DNA from: Gnetum montanum
Taxonomy: Eukaryota > Plantae > Gnetophyta
DNA: 64,000 nt
NCBI GenBank assembly: GCA_015680685.1
Contig: MNCI01000685.1
Location: 62,001-126,000, forward strand
Direction of reading: 5' to 3'
The notes under the pieces are model-generated. The model was given only the letters and a program-made list of their open reading frames with translations, ran no database searches and had not been told where the DNA came from. Position numbers and translations under genes: made by a program. This document shows, in pieces, positions 54,101 through 64,000 of this stretch. Each line of letters begins with the position of its first letter. Position 1 is the first letter of the stretch.

Positions 54101-56210
54101 AAAGAGGTTGAGTAGGAAATTCACTTATGCTACTAGAGGAATTGTTATCCTAATAAGTAACTTTTCAGTAAACATGACCTATTTACTCTTCTTGGAGATA
54201 TAAAGAAGGTATGAAGAGAAGAAATTAAGGAAACATATAGTTCCATTTCCCTATTTAATCAAAAAGCTATGCAAACAAGCTGGTATTTTAGGGTATATCA
54301 ATGGTACACTAAGAAAGGCCCCAAATGCATCATATTCTAAAATCTCTAAGCCAATACATGTCAAGAAAGATCAAGTTTAGAAACCACCAAGCACATAAGC
54401 AACAATAACATTCACACTAGCAGGAAATACAACAACCATAGGAGTAGAACAAGCAAGGGCTAATACTTTAGTACTAGTAGTAGAGCAAATACTTTATAGG
54501 CCTACAATAAGCCAATTACAACAAATAGCTAAAATTGTGAGCTAGGGCACTAGAAATGTATTAAGCATGTTTAGAGTTAGAAAAAACTCAAATCATCCTA
54601 TAGTATCAAGAGGTCTGGCCAATGGACAAGTATCTTTGTAGTCAACAGGAGAAGATTGGATGCAGCAAATTTCTAGAAATGTTGCATTATTTCAAATAAC
54701 AGTTGAATTAGGAGAAGGAGCTATCATAGTAATCATGTAGCATAAAGGTGAATAGGAAGCTTCTAAGCTTATCACAAATCATATCAATGAGGCCATTAAT
54801 GTTCTTGTTGTGCCACCCACTAATTTCATTGGACCAAAAGATGCTCAAGTTATGGTTAGAACATTTGAAACAAGAAAAGAAAAAGAGATTATAACTATAG
54901 AAAAACATAAAGATGCCCTTCATAAGTTAATGCAAATGAGCCAAATCATGCAAGATTATTTTGACATTTTTGATAATATAACTGTAGTGCAATTAAAACT
55001 TATTTTCACAAAAGGGAAATTGGTGATATAAAAAAACAAGGCTATAGCACACTGAGTTGGAGATGTAGAATTTATAAGATGAATTATCCCAACTCAAAAT
55101 TCAAAGGCAAGATCCAGCACACTATGTGACATTAGAACAACTAGAATAATTCAAAATTAAACAAGTAAACCAGTTGATGGCCAAACATAAGAAATTAGAA
55201 ATAGAGGAAGAAAAGATAATGTGGAATGCATCTACTACAAATGCCAAGACATATCTCCATGCTAAGACCAATAAAGAGGTTAAAAAACAACAAAAAAGAG
55301 AAAAATCAATTGAGAAAAATCTTGAAACTACTTATAGAACAGTTTGTTAGGGTTAACATCAAAATTAAGTATTTGACTAGAGAAAGCAAAATCTTATCAA
55401 TGGAAGAAGTTTGCATCATTCAAAAAAAGTTTTTAATAGATACTCATGTGTGATAAAATAAGGCCAAGAAGTATGAAAATTTGAAAGAGCACTTCAAAGA
55501 CCAAGTGGAAATATGCAAAAAAATCAATGAAAAGAAGATCCAAATGGCAAAGTCCTAGATCAATAATGCGATGCAATAACTACTAAACTAGTAGCCCATT
55601 ATGGATAGTCTACCATTGGTCCATTAGGCAGAATTAAAGGTCAAGGACTTGTAGATAGAGGATTTAACATTAGACATGGAGTTAACTAATCTAAAATACA
55701 CCAACTTGGCCATGTTGATAGTAATGAGACCTAGAAATGAATTAGAGCAGTAGTAGACCACTATGCACCTATTATATGATAAAGTAGTCATGGAGAGAAA
55801 GAAACCATAGTAAAAATTACATATTGCCAACTCTAAACTATAAGTAGTCAAAGTTAGCTATCATGATAAAAACACTATAGAAATAGACTTGGCTAGATGA
55901 GTGAATAGTTATCAAGATTTACAAAAACTAGCCAAGGCCTTTAAGATTGAAAGGAACCAATTTGTAGCATGGTACATCAAATCCAATAAATTGTTCCCAT
56001 AATTGATGTGTCCTTAGGAACTGTCCATACTAATAAGCCTTGCAAATTAAACGTTGATAGTTAATGATCCCAAGATTGAAGCAAAAAAACTAAGAGCATT
56101 TTTAAATCATTTTCACATGAAAAAATTAATAGCATTAGGAAAGCAGCCTCAAGAGCCATCGATGTAGCAAGACTCATCACCATGAATGACCACATGAAGA
56201 CCGACATTGA
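51129..56210 (+). pseudogene. Multi-intron accessory gene, copy B: Transposase_32-like domain(s) plus long coiled-coil-like region
   Basis: Introns 51235-51313, 52382-52503, 52878-52960, probably 53066-~53148 and 53955-~54043; motif VPFPYLIKKLCKQAGI ~54238-54285; K/E/Q-rich decayed frame to ~56200. Confidence 0.72.
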
Positions 56211-57019
56211 CATTCTTGGATATTTTAACATACTTTGTCCATTTTTATCTAATGAATATTGTTAATGTTGTTAATCATGTTTTACATTATATTTTTATAA
56301 TTCACTAGAATTAAAATGTGGTACTCAGAGTTAGCTAGTAGTCGTTATATATATATATATAGTACGTTGTTGTGTCCATATAATGCTAAAAATTTTTCAT
56401 AACTCTATAGTCCTTTTGTTTTAACTCAAAGATGAGTTTCTAGTCAGTCGTAAAGGTATGAAAATTTGTAGTTTGTCCAATAACAACAATATTATAGCTA
56501 TGATGTTGTAGATGTGATATTGTAGATTTATCTATAATATCATAGATACAATGTAGTGGGTCATGGTTATGCTTATAAATACGAGCCCACTATCATGTCA
56601 AATTCACTTTTTGACTAGTCATGTAACTAAACCTTTACAATTTTATTTTGTGAATTTAGAGTTAGTTGTGAGTGCCTACAGTGTGATGATAGATAGTTGT
56701 ATAACATCTTTATTTAAATGGAGTATATTTGGATGCACTTCATATTCAAAAATAAAGATTAAGATTGTTTCTCACCATTATAACATTTCACTTAGATCAG
56801 ATTTACTTTCTATGTTATTTTTACATTTCATATATAATTGCATTTCTAGCATTTGTTAGTCATTTGGCAAAATGAGTATGATCAATTTTGAGTACAAAAT
56901 TATAATTGTCTAGTAGCCTAATAGTTTCTTAGCTTTATTTGATTAGTAGCAAGTCACTTGGTATTACCAATGGTGATTATATTAGCTTAGGGCATGTACA
57001 ACAAGTCGGGACTAGATAT

Positions 57020-57398
57020 TGTTAGGAAACAAATCAAGTGAAAAAACCAAGAATAGGAAAAACAAGCACACATAGAACACAAAATTTACATGGAAACCCC
57101 AAATCGAGATGAAAACCACGAGCAGAAGCAGAGAGTTAATTCATTAGATTTGAGATTGAGAGTGTACTATAGGGAAGTGATCCTCCACAAAGGATGATCC
57201 CACAAAGAAAAGGAAAGTGCAAAGGGAGAGAAAACAACGTTTCTTGAACTTCTAACCCTTCAAATTTTGTAATAGGCAACCCTTCAACTTCTGTAACAGC
57301 CAACCCTTCAACTTTTGTAACAATTAATCCTTTTTCTAGTACAATGTAATGCTAGAAAACTAGAAATAGAATTTGGGTCACCACACCATACTTTGACA
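57020..57398 (-). repeat. 3' LTR of gag-only Copia
   Basis: TG...CA; matches 60853 onward; contains three 24-bp ACCCTTCAACTT units. Confidence 0.9.
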
Positions 57399-57414
57399 AT
57401 CCCCACATTGACAA

Positions 57415-59570
57415 AAATTCCCTTACAAGGAATAGAACTCCAATCTTTGATAAAATGTCTACTCTATCTCTATTGCCACTGTCTCTTTATCTCAAAACTC
57501 CATCACCATTCTACAATGCAATAATCACCTTGATGTCATTAGAATTGCTAACTTAGTTATCACAGTGTGACTGATCACAGCCAACATTAAGCCATTCCAG
57601 AACCTACCTCAAAGTCCTAATGGACTCCTCCAAATGGGAAACTTGCTATTCTTGCCACCGAAGCAATTTCTCCACCTTAATGCAAATTCCCTTACAAGGA
57701 ATAAATCTCCAATCTTCAAAAAAGGTCTCCTATATCTCCATCGCCATCAGCTCTTCGCATCGAAACTTTGTTATCATTCTATAATGTAGCAACCACCTTG
57801 ATATCCTTGGAATTGCTAACTTGGCCACCGCATTGCAACTAATGAAAACCAACATCAAACCATTCTAGAACCTACCACAAAGTCCTAATAGACTCCTCCA
57901 AATGGGAAACTTGTTCTTCTTACCATCAAAGCAATTTCTCCATCTTAATGTGAATTCCCTTATAAGGAACATATCTCCAATCTTCGACAAAAGGTCTCCT
58001 TTATCTCTATCACTTTGGGCTCTTTGCATTGAAACTCTGTCATTGTTTTGCAATGCAGCAGCCACCTTGATGTCCTCAGAATTGCTAACTTGGTTGTTGC
58101 ATTGTAGCTGATCACAACCAATATTAAGCTATTCCAAGACTTACCACAAATTCCTAATGCACTCCTCTAAATGAAAAACTTGCTCTTCTTGCTGCCGAAG
58201 CAATTTCTCCACCTAGATGCAAATTCCCTTACAATGAACAAATCTCCAATCTTCAACAAAAGGTCTCATTTATCTCCTTCCTCATTGGCTCTTCACATTG
58301 AAACTCTATCACTGTTTGATGAGTGACGAGGTACCCCTACACTCAACCATACGAATACGAGTGTTTTACGCACGATCTAGTCGAACTCCGTAGATGGGCT
58401 AGTTGTGCTGTTTAGGTAGTTACTCGTAGATTGTAGTTCGTTGTCTTCCCACTTAGACTAGTATTAGCTTTGTCACATATGGTTTAGTTCAAAGTGAGGT
58501 GTATGATGTGTTCCTACACTAATGCTACTCCTCGGTATGATGGAAAGTAATATCAACTAAGCTAGGAGAGAGGATGAGAGAAAGAAAGAATCTAAACTAG
58601 CCTAAGTGCGATGAGCATCCATTCCTTAATCATCCGTACACATCTTGGACCTTATGCATGACTACCACTGGGATTACCAAGCACATGGCCTAGGTACGCT
58701 ACTGGTTGCCAAGTAGCCACACTTGAATGCTTGTGATGAAGTTGTACTCATTCCACGTTACTAGGAGATAAGGGTAGAGAGATATTAACTATGAAAGAAG
58801 TAAATAACAAAAAAAATTAAATAAATAAATAAGCTAAGTGGATGCTACAATGATGAAGTAATCTCAATCTTTATTGCTAGTCATGTGCATGTCCAAGTAC
58901 ATCACACTTGAATAAGGATGTCGTACAATTACAATCATCACACTACGGGCATGCACTGGGAAAAAGGGTTAAGAGGAAAAATTGACAAAAAGTCCCTACC
59001 TTAATACTAAAACTAAAAAAATAAAACTTAAAACTTTTCCAAATCTTCCTGCCTCTTATTTATAGATGAGGAGATAGGCTGTGATATTGCGTACATGATA
59101 TCATGTACGTGATATCATGGGTGTGATATCGCAGCCAACAAATTCATGATTCATCACTGTTCTACATGCAGCAACCACCTTGATGTCCTCAAAATCACTA
59201 ACTTGGCTATCTCATTGCAGCTGATCATAGCCAACATCAAGCCATTCTAGAACCTACCACAAATTCCTAACGAACTCCTCCAAATAGGAAACTTTCTCTT
59301 CTTACCACCGAAGCAATTTCTCCACCTTGATGTGAATTCAATTACAAGGAATAGATCTCCAATCTTTGACAAAAGGTCTCATTTGTCTCCTCCATCATTG
59401 GGTCTTCACATCAAAACTCTATTGTCATTCTATAATGCAGCGCCACCATGATGTCCTTAGAACCGCTAACTTGGCTATCACATTGTGGTTAATCACAACC
59501 AACATCAAGCTATTCTAAAACCTATTGCAAAGTCCTAATGGACTCCTCCAAATGGGAAACTTTCTTTCTT
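57415..59570. repeat. ~269-bp tandem repeat, ~5 copies, interrupted by solo LTR
   Basis: AAGCAATTTCTCCACCT-type anchor at 57661, 57929, 58198, 59311 (period 268-269 after removing the 845-bp insertion). Confidence 0.92.
58317..59156 (-). mobile_element. Athila-like solo LTR
   Basis: TGATGA...TCATCA termini, perfect TSD CTGTT (58312-58316 / 59157-59161), homologous to 61258-62032. Confidence 0.95.
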
Positions 59571-59739
59571 CTACTTCCTATAAGCACATCCTTCACGTAA
59601 ACCAACATCAATAGACTTCAAGTCCAATAGTCTCCCCTGTGAGGCTAGCAACTTCATTCCCTTTTTGACTCATGTGACCCAACCTTCAATGTCACAATGT
59701 TGACATTGAATTTGACATTATGTATTTTATGGTGTACAA

Positions 59740-60812
59740 TGTTTCCACCTTATTTCTCTGAGCAATGATTAGATTTCCTTTGAGTATTTTCTAGAATTCA
59801 CCTCCAAATACTGTATAGTACCCTTCAAGATTTATCTAATCCATAGAAATAAGGTTTTTTCATAAACCTGTAACATGTCTAACGTTCTATAACATTAGTT
59901 GTTTCTCATGGGTAGTCTTTATATAAACATCATCCTTCCCCACAATATTTAATGTCTCATCATTTGAATCAAGAATCCCAGATTCAATACCATTATCCAC
60001 ACAACAAACTAGGGCATCAACAATTTCTTCAGTAGCTCTATTTGTTGAATTAGCATGCTAATTCTTCTTTTCTTTGGTGCCATGCACTATTTTCCAAGGT
60101 GATCTTGTTTTGTCACAATTCCAATAGGTGACATTCTTGCGATCCTTGGATTGACTTCTTCCCTTGAACTTTGGTTTTTCAAAGCTCTAATTTTGTCCTT
60201 GCTAAATACTTCTACCTTTGCCTTCATTACTCAATGCAGAACCTGAAGATTCACTTGACTCCCTTCACTGAGAATCAAATCTCAAACTCTAGATAACTTT
60301 AGTTTTTGATCTCTTGATGAACTACTAACTATAATCACTATTGTAGACCAGCTATCAGGTAGTAATGATAATAAGATCAATGTTTTGATCTCTTCATTAA
60401 AGTTCATTTCCACAAAACTCAACTAACTCGTGATCACATTAAACTCATTAATATGATTTGTAACCTACACACCTTTAGAAATCCTTAGATTGAATAATCA
60501 GTGCATCAAATATACCTTGTTCGAGGTGGATGGCTTCTTGTACATGTCTGATAAGGCCTTCATCAAACCTTGAGTAGTCTTTTCATTGATGATATTAAAT
60601 GCAACGTTTTGTGATAACATCAAATGAATCACTCTACGAACCTGACGATCTAACAATTCCAAACCCTGTTTACTCATATGATTTGGCTTCTTCCCCGATA
60701 GTGGTTTATACAACTTCTTTTGATTGAAATAATCTTTGATTTGTATCTTTCAAAACCCGAAGTTAGTCCCATTGAACTTGTTAATCCTGACTTTCCTATC
60801 CTTAGACAGTAT
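59740..60812 (-). pseudogene. Copia gag and internally deleted protease
   Basis: LMKALSDMYKKPSTSNKVYLM, LSLLPDSWS, zinc-knuckle remnant, ILDS joined directly to NDETLNIVG, NVRHV..L.KNLIS. Confidence 0.85.
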
Positions 60813-60837
60813 TGCTCCCACTAATCCTTTACAACCT

Positions 60838-60850
60838 CACTCTGATACCA
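60838..60850 (-). promoter_or_regulatory. Primer-binding site, tRNA-iMet
   Basis: Minus strand TGGTATCAGAGTG next to LTR end at 60853. Confidence 0.9.
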
Positions 60851-61096
60851 GTTGTTAGGAAATGAATCAAGTGAAAAAAAAAACAAAAACAAGAAAAACA
60901 TGCACACACAAAACACATAGCATTTACATGGAAACCCCGAATCGGGATGAAAAAACCATGGGCAAAAGTAGAGAGGTAATTCATTAAATCTAAGATTGTG
61001 AGTGTACTATAGGGGAGTGATCCCCCACAAAGGGTGATCCCACAAAGAAAAGGGGAGTGCAAAGGGTGTCTACATAAAAGGAGGCGAGAATAATGT

Positions 61097-61257
61097 CCCT
61101 TCAACTTCTGACCCTTCAACTTTTGTAACGGTTGACCCTTCAAATTCTGTAATGACCAACCCTTCAACTTTTGTAATGGCCGACTCTTCAACTTTTGTAA
61201 TGACTGACCCTTCAACTTCTATAATGACCAACCCTTCAACTTCTATAATAGTCAACC
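61097..61257. repeat. 24-bp tandem repeat in Copia 5' LTR (about 7 units)
   Basis: ACCCTTCAACTT(T/C)TGTAATGACCA units. Confidence 0.9.
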
Positions 61258-64000
61258 TGATGAGACGCGATATTCACAAGCTGCGATATCACGTCGTCCC
61301 CTGCGATGTCGCGTACGCGATATCGTGGTCCATCGCCAAATCTATAAATAAGAGGNCCGCAGTAGGAGTCCCCAAGTAAACGGATCTTTATTCAAGCAAC
61401 TTTGTACTTGAACGCAAGTTGTGTACGGCAATAAAGACAAGCTTTGTGGATAAACCTTGTAGTGCATGGAATAGGATTTATTACTTATTATTTCCTACAT
61501 GTTATTTATTACCTACATTAGCGTGGCATGAGTACGACTTGATTACGAGCATTAACGAATGTGTACGGCTAATCAAGGAATCGGCTGCTCATCGCGATTA
61601 GATTCTCTCATCCTTTCCTCCTAGTTAAGTTCCTCAATACGACCACTTCGAGCACGTGCATTACGTGTGGTAATCCTAGTAATGATTAGCATTTGGTAGC
61701 CACAATTGCATAGTTCAAGGTGTGTACGTTAAGTGGGAACAAATGCTTACGCTAGTTAAATTAGACTTAGTCATTAGTTAGAGATAATTAGTTTTCTCAA
61801 CCCTTCACCTCATAGCATAGGAGAAAAACCAGAAAAGACCATAAAAATCATATACCTCAGACTTACTTAACCATACACCGTGACAAATATAAGTAAGTTT
61901 GGGAAGACAATGAATGATTAACACCAAGTGTTCCATGGGGCATGTAGGCATTTAGTCTGCGAAGTTCGATCAGATCGTGCGTGCTACGCTCGTTTCATAT
62001 GGTTGAGTGTAGGGGTATCTTGCCACTCATCATTGGCACCGTTGCCGGGGACTAAGTGTTTATGTGCCGAATAGAACATAAGGGATATAACTCACATTGT
62101 TGTGAGCCTTAACGAACCTTCAAGTTAATCAAAAGAAAAAAAATTATATAACAGTAAATTTAGCACACCGATAACAATGTCTTCTTCTCATAAGAGCAAC
62201 TTACCACCTAAGGACCATACTAGAGACAGTCAGCAACATAAAACACATAACCAAAATCAGCCAGTGCCTCAACAATATAAAATGACATATACTCATTCCG
62301 ATGAGTATATCCCTAACTTTACCTTTATTCTCCATCAAGACGAACAATTGCAATGGAGAGATTTGCAAGGTAACATCGTGTTAACCCCAAATCGATCAGT
62401 CCCTAACATGCTTTTCCGTGCCTTAGCACAGATTGGCATGCAAGAATTATATGCTGAATACGTTATGGATGATTTTGACATAGGGATTACCATCCCACAG
62501 ATGCCCAACGTATGAGGGACTTAAGGCAGGAGAGTCAACATACTTTTTTGAAGGGTAAAGCCCCGCACATCCTTAGCGAAATAGGAGATGAGGAACCCCT
62601 TATCATAGGTTCTTTAGCAAATGATGTTCCCCCTCCTAACAATGATGAGGAGGTTGGGTATCAGAACCTACGATCAACGATACATAACACTAGTTCTGAT
62701 GCCTGTGAACACCAATTGTTCATAGAGGGAACATTTACTCACGCTAAGGACAGGCACTTAGATCATCACCACGATCGGGGCCGTAGTAGCCGAAGAGAAG
62801 GTAAGAAACATCGTCATGGTGATGGTTTCCCTTCTTCTTCCCCTTCTTCACATCACTCAACCTCTCCTTCCACATCTGGGTGCAGCCATCATGAACACAA
62901 AGGTGAGGATAAAGGTAAGAAGGACGAAAGACCTCAACGGGAAAGTCGAGAGAGAGGACAAGGGCAAGGACGTAGGGAGAGTAGGGAACAACATAGACAT
63001 CACAGGCGTCATGAAAGAGATGATCATGATGAACCCCTACTCACAACCCGAAGTATGCTTGACATAATGGAGGCAGTTAGGTTTTTCACAAGGCATTTAA
63101 AAGATAGTCGGATCAAATGATTAGACATGAACAATATCCCACGATTTGAAGGGTTATACAATGCTGATCTGCAAAATCATTTACAGGCATTCCACGATGC
63201 CTATGCCTTGTAGAATATAGAAAATGAGTGGCAAAAACTTAAGTTGTTTCCAAGGACACTCACCAAGGAAGCAGAGAGCTGGTACTGGTCCTTGGAACTG
63301 AAAACCATCAGGAGGTGGAGTACAATGCTAGAACTGTTCAACAAAAGGATCAAACGTACTCCAGAGTGTCCAATTTGCATAAGCAGATCCAAGGCTGGAA
63401 ACAAGGTACATATGAACCCTTGGATGCTGCCATGGCCCACTATTACACATTGTTACATCGTTGCCCAAGCCATGGGTACGCTCAGTGGGGTCAACTTCAC
63501 CACATTGTGGATGGGCTAAGGTAGGAAACAACTTATGCCCAAGGGAGATTCTCACAACTTAGAGCCCATGAAGTACATAGCTTGTTGGAGTAAGTAGCAA
63601 AAGAAGAAGGTGAGCTACGAAAAAGGGAAAGTGCGAAAGAATACAACCGCGATCCCTCTCTTCAAAAGAAGGGAGTGAAATTTTGTGATGAAGAGGATAA
63701 GTCACCAATCGAAGAGTTGGTGAATAGGAAGACCTTGCCGCTTCAAAAGCTCACAACAGAAATAGCGGCTAAGGTAGACGACGTATGGAGTTCCTTAGAC
63801 TCTAAAATTGAAACTGTCTTAAAAATTATAGAAGAGTCTAAGGTAGAAAAAAGTAGTGACAAAGGTAAGAAAAAGTGGAGAGATTTAAGCCCTGCACATA
63901 ACAAGGGTAAGGGAAAAATCACTAACTCCGATGTGGTTATGGATTCAGATTCAGACGATGACGGTGGATGTGAGATCTGCCACTATGACCATCCTAAGGG
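61258..64000 (+). mobile_element. 5' part of Athila-like Gypsy element (5' LTR 61258-62032, PBS, gag from ~62177)
   Basis: TGATGAG...CTCATCA LTR; gag colinear with 29740-31550. Confidence 0.93.
62034..62051 (+). promoter_or_regulatory. Primer-binding site, tRNA-Asp (Athila-type)
   Basis: TGGCACCGTTGCCGGGGA vs canonical TGGCGCCGTTGCCGGGGA. Confidence 0.9.

Larger units (their letters stand above)
20529..57019 (-). mobile_element. Element B: split-pol Tat/Ogre-like LTR retrotransposon (3' LTR, INT-aRH-RH-RT, divergent accessory gene), interrupted by 26547-49038; 5' end not in window
   Basis: Halves rejoin across TSD CCTGG/CTTGG; colinear with copy A; LTR and PPT at left end. Confidence 0.8.
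57020..61257 (-). mobile_element. Non-autonomous Copia (Tork/Tnt1-like) retaining gag only (TR-GAG-like); 5' LTR interrupted by Athila
   Basis: LTRs 57020-57398 and 60853-61257+, PBS TGGTATCAGAG, PPT GTCAATGTGGGGAT, gag KFNGTNFGF*K, no RT or integrase core. Confidence 0.88.

Noticed and set aside
56318-56335. TGTGGTA as start of element B's 5' LTR
   Set aside because: Similarity to 20529 stops after 7 bp and there is no adjacent PBS
60829-61379. Repetitive ORFs (KLKGQ.LQ / ITKVEG / MTNPSTS)
   Set aside because: Translations of the 24-bp LTR tandem repeat

Overview
AT-rich land-plant repeat region, probably gymnosperm-like (inferred from Tat lineage architecture and an O-methyltransferase fragment). 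It contains no intact host gene; the window is a nest of decayed transposons up to four layers deep. Most boundaries could be fixed by LTR termini, PBS/PPT and 5-bp TSDs. Recognised elements: a full Copia (1503-7296); a Tat-type Gypsy with PR-aRH-RT order (~950-15906); four Athila-like pieces (1-948, 28787-38848, solo LTR 58317-59156, 61258-end); a gag-protease-only Tat/Ogre-like element (26547-49038); and a gag-only Copia whose pol is replaced by PPT-bearing 269-bp repeats (57020-61257). The most unusual system occurs in two diverged copies (A 15907-20528; B 20529-26546 plus 49044-57019). It is a Tat/Ogre-type RT(-RH-aRH-INT) gene with no gag/protease next to it, beginning with its own short spliced exons and set head-to-head with a multi-intron accessory gene. 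Intron positions are conserved between the copies, and a TGACGT-N3-ACGTCA motif is shared by the LTR and the divergent spacer. Two non-autonomous elements with 5-bp TSDs carry captured host gene pieces: an O-methyltransferase 5' end (7743-9097) and an O-fucosyltransferase exon (39227-42787). The assembly has an N gap, several single-n joins and one mis-oriented contig (950-1241). All alignments and translations were done by eye; family names are recognition from memory, not search results.
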